Positions 1 to 13,756 of a stretch of DNA of 64,000 nucleotides are shown in pieces. The DNA is from Raillietiella orientalis (taxonomy: Eukaryota), in assembly GCA_036172245.1 (NCBI GenBank), contig JAYWIR010000051.1, forward strand, positions 186,001-250,000, given 5' to 3'. The notes below the pieces were generated by a model. It did no database searches and was not told the DNA's origin. It saw only the letters and a program-made list of their open reading frames with translations. Within the stretch, counting starts at the first letter, position 1; each line of letters opens with the position of its first letter. Position numbers and translations under genes: made by a program.

Positions 1-3000
1 CCACACAGCGAAAGGTTTCCATGACAGCAAGATTTTGTCTCCGGAAACCACGCGCTCCCTCCTTTTACCCTTTAATCCGGAGACCAGGCTCACGCGATGA
101 CCCGCGGCCTGACTGACGAAGGGGGAAACGCTGCGGTTGCCTCGAGACGTCACAGGAACGGAAAGGAGGGGAGGAGAAGAGAAGGACCTTGGTCGTACGT
201 GCTTCTCTCCTCTGGATGGGGCTGCACCTCCAGAAAGGTCCACCTCTTGGACGGGAAGTCCTCGCCTTCCGAGAAGCACTCGGATTCAGCGCTACGCCGC
301 CACGGCGGCACCACCACCACTGCTACCAGCAACGGCGGCGACAGCGACATGCAGCCGGCTCTCCTCAGCAACGTCACTGGAGGGGGGCTGGTGCCCCTCT
401 GGCAGCACTTGGGAAGAGATTGACTCCTGGATTCCGTCTCGATTTCTGAGCTTTTCGTTTCGGGAGGCGGAAACCGCGAAGAGGCGTCGGCGACAGCACT
501 TCCCTTCTCAGAGGACCTCCGGGAAGCGAGGCCAATCCTCTGGAGTCTTCTGCAGGCGGCTGGGGCGCCCTGCTTGCTTGCGCAGCAGCAGCTGAAGCGC
601 AAGGTTCTGGCGGTAATCTTCGCTGAGAACCAAGTCGTCTCGCAGGTGCGCTCGACGTAGGGAGGGGACGTCGGGAGGAAGGCCTCGGTGACGGACGGGG
701 GCACCTCGGTCCCTTGGACCGAGGCTGTTGTAGGCTGTTCGTGCCAGGTGACCGAGGGTGTGCGGTTCCTCTTCTCCAGGAAGCGCAAAGGTCCCATCCA
801 CTTTCTCCTTGGCGACAGCTCATGCTCCTGCCCTCGGGGTGGACTCGGAGAACTCGGGGTGGACCGGTAGCCTCCCCCGCTGCCGCCGCAGCAGCAGCAG
901 ACGGTTCCTTCGAGAACTCCTCAGATCCGAAGGACGCCGCCTGTCACCCTGGTGGTGATTCACGACACCGTTTAGGACCACCGCCATCACCTATCTGGCG
1001 CGAGGTTGTCGGACTCCGGAGACCGCCCCGTGGGTGAAGCGGGGGAGCTCTGCAGCCGCACTGCCAAGACCGCGGCCCCAGTGGAGGAGGCGCCGTACCC
1101 GCGTAGGGATCCGGGGATCCGTCGCGCACCTTCAGTAAACCTTCCAAGAAGCAATCGGTTTTGCTGTTGCTCGAGGGGGATCAGGGAAGAGCAACTGGGT
1201 ATTTCAGAGGAAGACTTGCAGTGGCTATCCAGTACTCTTGGACGCGCACCCTCCTCTTAAAGTGTAGCAGGAGTCAGCGTGGATGCTTCTGAACTGAGGC
1301 CACCCGTGCAATTCCTTCCAGCATCACTGGGCACGGAGGAAGAGGGGTGGATCCGAACTTTGCCAGATGCGAGGATCTTGAATCCCTCCTGCGCCTACTA
1401 GTGGACTGTGTTCCCCTCCGACCCCTCTGGGGACGCTTTGCCTCGATCCTAGGAATCCCCGGCGGCAACTCCAGGGACGCTTTACGATCCCTCCTCCTCC
1501 TACGCGACATCCTTCGGCCGGCAGTCTCGTTAGCAGCTCTCTCTGCCGCCTAGGAGGGATCGTAGCTGCCTGGAGCGACGTAAGGGGAGGACCGAGCGAC
1601 AGGGGTGCCACATCCATTTCGCTGTCCCCTTCATGCGTATGGCAACGAGATGGTCCACCTGGAAAACAACATCCAGCAAGAGCTTGCCGGCATACTCGAA
1701 AGGACCTACACCAGCAGGATGTGATCCCTTCCCGCACCTCCCTTCCCCCCCAAATTTGCTTTTTTCCTTTTATTTTTGTTTCTTTTTTTATCTTTTTGTT
1801 TGCCCCCTCCCTTCTGCTGCCGTCGCCGGTCTGCGCACAGGTAACGCAGCAGGTTAGACCTGAAAAGGACTTGGTTGGACCACAGATTGAACCACAGAGA
1901 TTATAAATTTTTATTTTATTTTTTATACGAAATAAACGCCCCGGTGCACCCGGGAGACGATCAATACACCACAACTGTCGAGCCTCTTCGGCGGCTGCTT
2001 GCCCCGCTCTGACGTTCTTGAGCCCTTCAGCTACGAGTTCCTGACGTCACAGTAAGCAGTTGGCGGCATCCCGCACCTCTTCAACCGGGAGCCGACTTCC
2101 GATTCGCTCCCGATAAAGCCACCCCACCTGCGATTTCTCCCAGCTCCCGTCGCAGCACTTTCGACTTCGTCGCTCGAACATTCTCGCTGCTCCCTCCGTC
2201 CCCAAGCGTTCCCGTCCCTCTCCCGGGAATCTCACACTGAGTGGTTCCCGCTCCTACTGGTTGCCTGCCGAGCACCGCCAGCTGCGACGTGGCCACGTTC
2301 GGCGATCTGCTCGCGTGCTGGGGTTCGGTCTGAAGCGGAGTGCATCGGAACTGCACCGGGCAGGGCCCCTCCTGCTTTAATAGCGCTAGGAGGTGGCAGA
2401 GGGAGAGAGGAACCCTCAGATGCCGCGGCGCTGAAGAACGTCTTCTTGCTAGGCTCCGATGCTTCCACCAAGCTGGGCAGCCTCGGAGAGTCCTCTGGGG
2501 CTTCAGGAAAAGGGGAGTTTCGATTTTCTAAGCACGAAGAGGACAACCCCTCCCCCCTCTTCCCCCCCCCCCCAAAAAAAAAAAAAAAAAAAAAACTGCC
2601 AGCTCGATGGGCTACAGAGATAACGACCGATCTCCTAAGTGGAAAAGCTCGGCCTGAGGAACTGGAGCGTGGAAAATGAAGAGTGCTATCGTCTTCTGGA
2701 GGGAAGCGGAGAAACACTCTTCCAACGAGGTCTTCAGTTTTCTTACGAGCATGCGACCAGGATTTCCCGTTTTTCGAGTCCTAGGTCAAGGGCACCTGCA
2801 GCTGTTTGAATTCCACCACCAACAGGTGTACTGAGAGGTTTTACCTTAGCGATGCGCACCAATGACACGCTTGAATTTCCGTGGGATTCCGCCCCCTTCA
2901 GAAGTCGTCCATACTGATGACCCACACCCTCTGAAACACTTTCCAAGACAACTGCGACGCCGCAAGCAATCATCTTCATCAGTACGTTCCAGAATTAAAA

Positions 3001-4250
3001 GTTTCATAACTCCATAGTTTTCCCCCCATTCATGCGATTCCTCGCTCCCATTCACGGGTAGCTCTCCACAAGGAAAGGTGCAGATCGTGTGCGCAGAGCG
3101 GGAAGAGAGGCTGAGGCGCGCTCCCAATCACTCATGACCTACCAGGATGCCAGCTCGGGCATCCTGACCATCCGCGAGACCGGACTGCAGGTGCGGTTCC
3201 GACTTTTGACCCTTTTTTGGTCAAAAGTCGTGGACTTGTCGCTGGTGTTCTCCAGCACACCACGTCCTCCGGCAACGCGCTGGAAGCGCAGGACTTCTTT
3301 CGCTGCTGCCAGGCAACCTACGCAAGAGAATAGGATTTGGCTAATCCCTGAGGGCTTCCGTTCCCACTTCTGGTGGCCCACCCAGCCCACCCCGCGCCCA
3401 CCAGATCCCCTGCCGCCCCATAAACTGGCACGCCGGGCGGCAGGAGGCTCTCGAGTCCTGAGTTGCCACTCTGGAAATGCTCCCAGAGAAGCTGCGTCCG
3501 CTGCGGAAACTCCTAAACAAGCCGCCGGGAGATCTCCTGCAGGACTGGGCGCAGTGGTCCCGGGTAGCAGCCTTGCCCCTTGCCCCATCGTTTCCTCTCC
3601 TCAGGGCAAGCGGCGACAGCAGCCAGCCGGCAGGATGGGAGTTGTCCTGCAACACTGCAGGAGTCGAGGAACGCCGCCACTCCTCGTTTCCGGGAGAATG
3701 GGCTCCTACGGCGGAGCGACCTGCTCGGTATGCCTTCCCGAAGAATGCGCGGCCCTCCTTTCCTGTGCGCGGGCGGGCACCTCCATGCCTCCACTGCTGT
3801 GGAAACCGCAGGGTGCTCTGCTGTTTTCATACTTTGAATTGCAGTACAACCAACGCGGACACCTGGTTTCCGGGGGAGTTGCCTCCCCAAACTATTCTAG
3901 GAGCGGGAGGATGACGGGATCGTTCTCACACTTCCTGCCGGACTGCAGTAACCGGGAGGACATGTGGCAGAGGTCAGCCTCGATCCTCCGTTGGCCATAG
4001 GATCCAACCTTCGGACCTGGTGAGGCGCTTCTTCAGGAGGACTGAAGAGAGGTGCTGCGATCGTAACGAGATGCTGTACCCGTGCAATCGTCTCAGCCGT
4101 CTCCGTGGTGGAGTCTCGTTTGCAGCGAAGGGAGGCCATCCGAATGGCAGCAGCCTCAATGAGGGCGGCTACTAAGTGGCCTTGCCTGCAAGAAGTCGCC
4201 AGGGAGGTCGCCCGCGTTTAGTGCCAGTGCCAGCTCTAGGAAAAAAGGAG
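1..4250 (+). mobile_element. Field of highly decayed non-LTR retrotransposon (L1/Tx1-like) fragments
   Basis: Stop- and frameshift-riddled peptides resemble L1-type ORF2 segments: PPLLWKPQGALL (about 3790, cf. WKLNxxLL after the endonuclease), REAIRMAAASMRAATKW (about 4125, linker-like) and LPPHKLARRAAGG (about 3410, cf. post-RT LPxxxGG). Includes the better-supported copy at 990-1965. Boundaries approximate. Confidence 0.45.
990..1965 (+). mobile_element. Degenerate LINE 3' portion, copy A (zf-RVT-like region plus 3' UTR)
   Basis: Encodes ARCEDLESLLRLLVDCVPLRPLWGRFASILGIP (decayed C..C..E..HLL..C....LW zinc-finger motif). DNA aligns by eye with 14390-15060 (+) and 12036-12512 (-). Ends in a T-rich tract then AATAAACGCCCCGG, as in the other copies. 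Confidence 0.7.
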
Positions 4251-6747
4251 TGACTAAAGCTACCCCCCCCCCCTTTCCCTACCCTCCCATCTTTTTTATT
4301 TATTCATTTATTGTCCCTTGTCTCCGTTCTCTACTTTCTTAGAAACCGGCCAGCAGGCTGAGAAAGCAATCCAAAGAGGTGACGCGGAAACAGTGAGAGT
4401 CTGTTGGGCCGGGATCCGACTGGTTGACCTGCAACTGACCAGTCCCAAGATCGGCTCGAGACTTCAGCCAGAACTAGTGTTTTAGAAGAATGCGATCATC
4501 CTGGACAGTAGTCCTGGATGTTCGTTGTTCCTTCGAAAGCGTTGGAGGAGGCAGGACAAAGGAAGGAGAGCAGGTGTCGCCACTATCTGGCTTTTCTTTT
4601 TTCCTCCAGAGGACTGCAGGCATCGGTCTAGGTGTTGGTGGGAGTTAGCAGTGGACTCTCTCGGTTCCAGAGAGCAGAGGAGTCCTAAGGGAACTCGAGA
4701 TTCCCTCCAGACCTGCGAAGCACGTGATGATCATCTTCTACACATGCGAGGCCATATCTGGATCATCAGTCATCAGATGGGGCAGTTGGATGAATCCTGT
4801 AACGGCAACAGCAGGCGCATAGGAGCGAACCGTTCCCTCTGCACTCAGAGGATGCGACACCGCACTCCAGGAGCGAATGGATGGAATGGGAAATCGGCAG
4901 CAAGCCAGAGAGCTTGTCCTGCCGTTCACGTCATCCCGTGCTCCCACATCCATCCACCATATTCCTGGGAGGTGGTTGTCTGCAGCGGCGTATCGTTTTT
5001 TCTATTTTTTCAGGGAAGCACTTGGGTGAAGCCACAGTGAAACAGCAGTCTTAGGAGCACAGCATAAGAACAAGTTGGAGGTGACTTTCTGCATGGGAAC
5101 AGCGCCATCGACTTTTTGATGATCCCTGAATACCAAACGTCCTCCGCTAGTCGTCGTGACGCCAGTTGACATTCAGACAACCAGACAACCGACTTTCTCC
5201 TTCGTTCCGCAGTGTCGGCCGGTGAACGCGAACGCATGCATCACCACCGAGTGCCGCCGGGTGGGACCAGCGTGCGGGAACGAAGTTGCGAACGAGCGGC
5301 GCATCCCAAGCGGAAAGAGCCCACTGATTCTTGGGTGTCAGCGGTCCCTCATTCGTTCCTTCCGCATTCCGGAGCTGCAGTGGCACGCTAGTGAGATTGT
5401 CGAGAAGGCTGTGCGTGCACTTGCTGGAAAATTCCAATTTGTGCGACGGCAAGGGAAAGCACGGAAGAGCTGAAAGGGGGCGAGGGGAAGAAAGAGCTGC
5501 TGCACCAGGGGCCCTCGATGCAGCGTGCTGACACAGCACCATCGAAAACTGACCGGAAAAAAAAAGGCATCTGCAGCTGTTAGGGGGAACGAATCAAGGT
5601 GAGGGTGTCCCTCGGTTGGTGCAACGCAAAGGAGACCTGGGAATGCGCATTTACGAAATCCCTGGTTACGTGCTCGTTCTTATTTTTGGTTCATCCTTCT
5701 TCTTCCAAACTGCCCAAACCGTCAGGAGAATCCCTGTGAAAAGGCCGGGTTTGTATCTGAAGTTTTCATTAGCTTTGAGCAACAACCGCTCTACGGATAC
5801 GTTTATAAAGAAAAAATGAACGTGGATAGAGTAGAATTCTTTTTTACATTTGTTTCTGATCAATTTCTAATCGACGGATTCTGTTCCCTTATGTGGAGTG
5901 CCAGTCTCTTCGTATCCGACTTTGGAATCAACAAAAAGGTACGCACACAATATTGCTGCCAATATGCTTTCTCCACAGTTTCCCTGAACTTCCACAAGAT
6001 GCAAACGAGCCAATTTTAAAGTTGGGTTGTGAAGCTCACACGAGCAGGCTGTTCTCCGAAAAGGCTGTTCGACACAGCCCTTTCGGAGGATTTTTCCAAT
6101 TTCACACTGTGCCTTCTATAGCTCTGGACACCTCACAATTTAACTCACATTTCTGTCATATGTCGTTCCTCGTTTACTCTACTCTCAATCTGTTTTCCAC
6201 ATCCTCAATACTGCAGTAATACAATACAATGCATAGATAACAATGTCGAACAACCTGTACTGCACTATACTTTGGTTCCTCTCACATGTGGATTCGGAAA
6301 TGTGGTCGTTTACACAACTCAACTGGAACTCCTTGCACTTAATTCAGCATTAAATTATTTACTAGCAGCATAGGCCATGCTGCTGGTAACGAACATAAGA
6401 ATAACAGCTACTGCCTACAGTGTGTGTGTTAATGTGTGACAGTGTCGAGATATTATCCTCTGCATCAAACATTTTGGAGAAGAATTGGATAGGTAATTCC
6501 TGTACACACATAGAAGTGGCATTAGAGCTCTGCAACAAGTCGTCGTAATGAATACAGTAGATTTCATCAAAGTAGCACTGGTTGTTGTATTTTTTAATAT
6601 ACGAACAAAGGTCTTAAATTAATTTACAACTATCTGTACCAAGTGACGTTTCAAATATAAAAACTTTAATCGAATCAATCAATGCAAAATTCTTCTTAGA
6701 AGTACAGGTATTTTAATGACAAACTTCACTTTTTGCATAGAATGTTC

Positions 6748-9472
6748 TTAAATCGGTTTGATCTTGAAATGAAGACCAATCAAAGAAAATACAAGACATT
6801 TGAGATCTTGAACTAAATAGTAAAAACATCGTAGCCCCTCAGGGTCCTTTGACTGGCTAACATCAACCAGAGATCCTATTTTTGATGTGGTGAAGGAGAT
6901 ATGCTCATCACCTATTACGATCTCTAACTCTTGACGACCAACTCGATCTGGTGGAGGCCACAACTGATCATCTTCCTGCATGATCTCACTGTCCTCAATA
7001 ATTCGTCTTAGCTCCTCCATGACACATTTATTTACATACATCTACAAGAACAGCATGTACACTCAAATAATTTTTTCTCCTTAGTTACCTCTTTGCGAAT
7101 CATTGTATCATTCTTGTAATTGGAATTATTAGCATAACGTAGTTTCCCTGAAAAAAGAAATACAAATTGATGCTTTTAATACATTATAAAGGATATAACT
7201 GAAATTCTGTTACAGTCCAGAAAAACACAGCTAAAAATGAAACAACACAATGATGAATGCTGTGATGCACATGATAGGAATAAGCCTCATCTTCAAGTTG
7301 CAAAACAGATATCATCTATGAAAATGACATGAAACATGCTACGAAAAATTATGGATGGGACACAAAGTTTCAGGTAAATCAGATGATTGGATTCCAGGGT
7401 CAACGAAAATGACAAAATGCAAGCACAATTTGTATTTGCTGAAAACTAACAATTACTTCAAAAATTTGGAAATACTATCTCTGGATTAGCGATGAATGCA
7501 CTTTTTCTTTTGTAATCACACATCCTAGATCTGAGCTTTCAGTTCCAAAAATGAAATTCATGAAGTGTGGTGTTTATCATTGACAAATGCTAGCCAGAAA
7601 TCTTTTACTTTGTTAAATCATGACTCAAACACAGTCTGAAGAAAACCCTTTAACCAACTTTAATTCAAAAAATAATGATCTCATGCAACATCACTTGAAA
7701 AAAACCCCAGTGAGGTAATCACTTTTTGATTCAAATGACATCAACAATCACTGGTATGAAAAGGGCATTTTGGGACAGAATAAAAACCAAAAAAGGAATT
7801 ATGTTCTACTTATAGACCAACACAACAAGATTCATTTGATTGACAAGAGTGCCCTCAAATTGGTTAAGGCTTTGTTCAAGCTTTCCTTTGAGCAAAAACA
7901 CAAAAATTACATTACCATGAAAGCAACTTCAACAAAAACACAATTTTTCTATAAAGTAGTAAGCAAAGGTGAAAAAATGCCATCAAGAAAGTACTGATTT
8001 GCTAATACTTACCCTTGCAAAACACACTTTTTTTTTATGTGGGAAGTGTAACATTCTTCTATTTTTAATTAATACTGCATCAATTTTGTCTACTACCAAT
8101 TTATTGTGCTGATGTGCTATAAATGTTCTGTTCAAGCAAACAAGGAAACATAAGTAATAATAACTACAGCACCAAAGCTAAGAAACACTGCATCTATTAC
8201 ATGACTAACACAAGCCTGCCTTTTTTGTTTTCAACACACCTGCTAGCAGACTGACAGTATCAAAGAAATTTCAACTTAAAGACTTATTTTTCTTATCTCT
8301 AGCTTGTCAGACCTAATACAGGAAAATCAAATGCTGTGTTTGTAGCAGCTAGAATCCAATGCACTAAATACTGACACAACAAACAAAAGATTACCATTAT
8401 AGCTTTTAGAAAGGAAAGGAACTTATTTTGAATTTCTGGGAAATGGAATCTCATTGTTAAATTCTGATGATATCCATGATATTCTATGCATCTGCACTTG
8501 AGATGGGAACAAAACAACCTTAGTGTAAATAACATTTTTGCATTTTCTCCTAGACTCATGCATACACAAAAATGCATACATGATTACATATCTACAATCT
8601 AAAATAATTTATAACTTTCATTTCTTCTCCATTTCTTCAACATAAGCAAGACAAACATAGGATGTACAAAATGGATATAAAACTATCTAACATTATAAGT
8701 TTGGAATTTACCATTTCAATTCCTTCTCTAATTAAACCACTCCTCATTGAGACAAACACAAAACATGTTGTTTCGACTTTAATCATTCTATAAAATTTAT
8801 CTACTTAAACATTTCTCATTATCGTTTGTTTGAATTTAACATATCTGTCAAATTTCCCCTCTTAAATCGGTTGTTTCATTTTCATATTTGATACATTCTT
8901 GATAAATGGATAATCTCAATCACATATTTCCACCTCTTAATGAGCTGGAAAGTGAGAAAGATGATCACATTGCTGCTGCTTCACATAATTTCCCAAATGC
9001 AAATGGATCACCACGATGTTTTCTAATCACAAAGAATGACGGAATAGCTTCCATTACATTGCAAAAAATAAACATAAAGAAATTTACACAATGCATTCTG
9101 ATCTTTTTTACCTGCTGAGACTTATGGAAAATTCACCAGTTTCGATTCCAAAAGGGTAAGCTGTTTTCTAAGTTACACCTCAATTGAAAAACTAGCTAAC
9201 CCATAACAAATATCATATGAAAACAAATACAACTGAACTCTAGAACACTAAAATCCAATAAAATATGAATATGAACTCTATAATCCAAGCAAAAGCTAAG
9301 CAAACACCATATATACTATTGCTATTATACAACTGACACAACAGTGGTCACACTTCGAAAAGCATGTTAATATTTTTCATTTACCATCAGGTCGAAATTC
9401 GAATTCCAGGAATTCATGTCCAAATTTTCCTTTATGTCCCACGTAATAGCGTAAGTAAAAGTCGTTACTCAT
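6748..9472 (-). CDS. mago: Protein mago nashi (exon junction complex core), 146 aa; exons 9472-9385, 7147-7089, 7041-6748
   Basis: Spliced translation [64 protein letters not shown]...[15 protein letters not shown] is the near-invariant Mago sequence. GT-AG introns of 2237 and 47 nt; phases consistent (88+59+294=441 nt). Confidence 0.98.
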
Positions 9473-11744
9473 CTCGGATTATTATTTTCTCGAGAGAAAA
9501 AATGTAAACAATGCACTCCACAAAACCAGGATGCACAGCTATCAGTGCGCCATTAGCGAAAGCAGGAGTATCAGTGTTTAGGGAAACCTTCAGCCAAAAA
9601 GATAAAATTCATAAAAAGCAGCAGATATTCTTGCATCTGGACTATTTGCAAATATATCTTGAGGTTTTAATTACGAAGGAATTTTAAAAATGACAAAATC
9701 ACTGGAACACTCTTTTTAAGATTTTTTAAAGATTCCCTTGGTTTGGGAACTGATTGAATTCGTCAGTTAAAAATAAGGATTTTGTATTGTGACAATCAAG
9801 AACGGTTCCATCCGAAGTACAAATTAGAGGAATTAAAAATAATTTACTACTTTGCACTTCGTATCGATTTTGAGCATTTTCAGGGTGTTAGCGTACTTCT
9901 AATCACAGTGGATATTTTTTTTAATTATTATTATTTAATTATTCCATACAGTTTAAATTATTATTATGAAATAACGGTGAACAAATTTCACAGTTTGCAT
10001 TGGATGTCTTCCTCAAAATTTGGCCGTATACAAAAAGTATTACAATTCACAGTCTATCAGATTTAAAATCATTTCTACTCAGTTTCTCATTTTTGACACG
10101 CTCAGATGACTTCGTTGCCTTTTGTCGATCTTTTGATTAGTTTATGTTTTGCAAATGTATAAATCATATTTTTCTCAATTTAACTTCTGACAAAATCGCT
10201 CTCTTTGACTTTGACGGTTATGAATACATAAACTGCATTGTATGATTCCTATGGAAAAAAACTCTCAAAAGCTCACGGAAAAAGAAAACTGTAGAAAAAA
10301 GTAAGACCGTAGCTTAGTAGAATGAATATATTTAGGGGAAGGAGATTCGATTTCTATTCCTAACAGCAAACTGTGCCCCCATCAAGAAACACTGACATCG
10401 GATACTGATGACACTTAACAGCGTTTACTATTCCAAATGATGTTCTGTTCTCTTATTTAAACCCAAGTAAAACATTCCTTTCTTGGAAAGCTTTTCAATG
10501 GTTTTCATTCACTACTCAGATAGATGTGGGGAATCACATTACGATGCAATATTAAATTTTCAATGCATTTGGACCCTTTCATAATATAAATTCTTCTTAT
10601 GCTGCAAATATATTAAAAAATGTTGATAATTCTTTTCTTATTCTGAAATATTATGTGATAAAAGAAATGTAAACAGATAAGAAGATAAGAGTTTTGTAAG
10701 GAGCAGCAGTAAAGACATGCATTTATGAAGTCAAATTTCAAGATCGTTACTGTTGATCATTACTTTTCCCGTATTTGATAATCAGGAAATGTTTGGTATC
10801 ACTCTTTAGTGTCGTACTGTATATGAGATTATCATCAAATAGAAAAATAGCATGGAGTTCAATTTTTAGTTTGCTTTCGCATTGATGTTGTAAATGTTGT
10901 TTTTTCCTCTCAGCTGTCAAAATTATTTGATTTGTTCCTAATCAAACGCACTTTCACTTTTTATTTATTTATTCAGAGTGACAACATGAATATAAATGGC
11001 CTCCAGTACTTTCATACCAAAGAGACTAAGAAATCACAGCTGGAATCTCATGTAAAAGAACGATCAGGACGTTAGGATGAGTATTATGAGCTGTTTCGAA
11101 ATGATCCATTAGCCTTTATACCCTGCAAAACTAACCATGTTAACTGGATGCTCTGATTAGTTAGCTGCTTTTTCAACGCGAAAGCCTTCTTCCTCCAGGA
11201 CATCAAAGTCACTGTTGATTCAATGAGGACTTCTTCAAGCTTTCCTTTCGTTGTCTCCACTGGCATAGAGAGTAGTTTGTTTAGACTTTGCGACGTTCAT
11301 CCAAGAATCAGTTAGTTTGTACGTGCAAGTGAAGCTGCACGCGGTCCATAGACAGGCGTGTCCCGTCTAGTCTTCTACGCTTCTACGTATTATTGTTATC
11401 CTAGCGTCACGCAGTTTCCCGGCACTGTGATGCTCCGTCGCCATTAAACATCACGGTGCTGCAGGAACTCATGATGAGTCCTACTCGTTCCGCAATTTCC
11501 ACTCTTCTGTCTTTACTGTCTCGGACGCAGCAGAAGATGCCAGCGATGCTGCAATGAAACGAGAGTTGCTCGAAACATTCCACCTCTTTCGCGGTTGAGG
11601 GGACATGAGAAAGCGAGAATTTCCGGTCGCAGCCTTCTAGGGATCCAGAGGCTGTGATCTGTTCATCGGAAGTAGGAAACTCCCCGAAAGTGTGAGCTAC
11701 AGGGACATGGGACCTCTTGTTCCTTTAGTATGATTATCATCCGG

Positions 11745-12790
11745 TTATGCCGGAGCATTTATTACGTAGAGTAATAAAAATACATTGGTGTGGTAGAACG
11801 TCCTTGGTTCTACCACGTGCGATGAACCTGCCGAAAAGCGGCACGCAGACCAGCGAGGTCCACTTAGGCGGCGAGGTGGAGGGTAAAACAAAACAAAACA
11901 AAACAGGGGAAGGGGAATTTTACATGGGAAGGGGGAGAGGGCACAGTATGCTGCCAGGTGTCCTCTGCATCCTATCCTGGATGCTGACAAGTTCCGTTCC
12001 TATAGCGCCTAGGTGGAGCCATCTCGGGGCGGTCCTCAGGAAGATCCGAGTCCAGTAGATGGCGTCCCCGCCATTCCGGACTCTTCTTCCCGCGTTCCAG
12101 GCTGCCGCGATTCCAAGGACCTAGCAGAGGACAGCGAGGGATGCGGCTGGAGAAGTACGGCACCGGGCACGAAGAGGCAAATGAAAATGTCCCTGGGGCC
12201 ACCCGCCGGGGTTCCTAGGGTCGCCACGAAGCGATTCCAAAGGGGTTGGAGGGCAGCGCAGTCCAACAGCAGTTGCGAGAGAGTCTCCTTCTTCCCAAAC
12301 GTGCCGCACTGAGCATCCACTCCTCCCCCCTGTGTTTGGTGACGAAGGCGCTCTTTGCATGAGATCCCTCCATGCACCATCAGCAACGACCACTTGAGGG
12401 AAGGAGAGCCACTCCTGCCGCGTGAGGGGGAGGTGCTGGGACACGCAGGGTCCCACAGTCCGTCGCTTTCCCAGTTGCTCGCGTCCCCAGAAGTTTCGTC
12501 TTTACTTCCCACCTTGCCGCAGTTACGCTGTCTCTTGTGTCCCTTAGGGAAGGCAACACTGGAGCAAGGTGGACGGAAGAGGTCTGCTACATCTTCTGCA
12601 GGTTGCGGACGACCTCCTCTAGAGACTTGCCAGAGCGGACACCTCGCCGCAGGCAGGCGTACCCCACCTCGCTCGCGCTGTGGACTTTCCCCAAGCGAAA
12701 ACCTACTCCTGGAGTCAGGCAGTGCGGTTCCCTGGGAGGCAGGGATCCAGTGTTCTCCTCCAGGGCAACCACCTGGCGTTTCTTTAGTAG
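11745..12790 (-). mobile_element. Degenerate LINE 3' portion, copy B
   Basis: ORF 12036-12512 contains WSLLMVHGGISCKERL...CGTFGKKETLSQLLLDCAALQPLWNRFVATLG (zf-RVT-like). Reverse complement aligns with 14035-15250. Terminal hairpin at 11790-11816 followed by AATAAA on the minus strand. Confidence 0.75.
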
Positions 12791-12989
12791 GATGGCATTC
12801 CTTTTGGGTTCTTCCAGCTTTTTTTTTTTTTTTGAGTTTTCCCTGTTTTTTTGGTTCGCTGAGTTCTCAAGAAGACTCGTTCTCCTGAGAGCTCGAGGAG
12901 CTCTTTGACACCATCCATGTCATTCTGGGGTGCGTATCAACTCTTCTTCAAGTTATGGGAGGTATCCCGGGTCAGGAGCATCCTGTGTA

Positions 12990-13330
12990 TCCAGGAAGGG
13001 CGCTGGAGGAAGGAGTCCTCTCCTCTTGCGTTTGCAGGGAACCATCCCGGAGGGAACCACCTCTTGCTCATTCTCTCCAAAGGGATCCCCCTGAAAGGAA
13101 GGGGCCTCCCCTCATTTCTTCTCCGAAGGGAACCCGGAAAGGATACGCTCCCTGCTTCTCCCTCTGAAGAGAACCCCGAAGGGAGCAGCGTGTTTTTGAC
13201 ACTCTGGAGAGATAATTCCCAAGGGGGCTATCAACAAGCTCCATGGTACGGTTCCATTTTCACAACCCGAGGGGGTCCCCCGGAGAGGTACTTGGAAGGA
13301 CCCAGGAGAGTTCACTTCCAATCCCAGCTA
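12990..13330. repeat. Dispersed repeat with internal sub-repeats (second copy 19540-19910)
   Basis: cgctccctgcttc..ctctgaagagaaccccgaagggagcagcgtg (about 13146-13192) matches cgctccctgcttc..ctctggagagaacccccgaagggg...cgaagggagcggcgtg (about 19802-19884). Both carry repeated ctyy(g)gagggaaccc units. Confidence 0.6.
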
Positions 13331-13339
13331 GTCATCGGG

Positions 13340-13730
13340 TGACATCAGACTTCCACCAGTGCCGGGAGTGAGGACAACGTCAAGATGGTCCTAAAATATC
13401 TGGGAGTCTTGAAACAGGAACTTGCCGGCATCCTTGCAAGGATGCAGACCTTCAGCACACGGTGATCTCTTCCCGAATCCCTTTCTTCCCCCATTTTTCG
13501 ACTGTATGTTTTTGGTTTTTTTTTCTTTTTCATTTTGTTTGTCTTCCCTTCCCCAGTGCTATCGAGGCGAACCCTCCGTGAAACCCTCCCTACCGGGAAC
13601 TGGCACGCAGGCCAGTTCCCGGTAGGTTCCTTTTCGTATCTATAAGTCACGTGGCAGGATCAAACGTCCTGCCACACACCTGTTCGTTTATTTTTTATAA
13701 ATAAACGCCCCGGAGTGACCAGGTATCAAT
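13340..13730 (+). mobile_element. LINE 3' terminal fragment, copy D
   Basis: caagatggtcc...aacaggaacttgccggcatccttgcaaggatgcaga matches 15127-15190. Followed by a T-rich tract, hairpin 13651-13675 and AATAAACGCCCCGG at about 13700. Confidence 0.7.
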
Positions 13731-13756
13731 TAGTGCCGCACCTCCGCCATGTAGCA

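Noticed and set aside
2562..2594. C-run followed by a long A-run as a retroposon poly(A) tail
   Set aside because: No associated family 3' terminus or target-site duplication visible; simple homopolymers.
10977..11160. Exon-like stretch after a good acceptor (ttattcag|agtgacaacATG...)
   Set aside because: In-frame TAG after 29 codons, no recognisable homology and no linked exons found.
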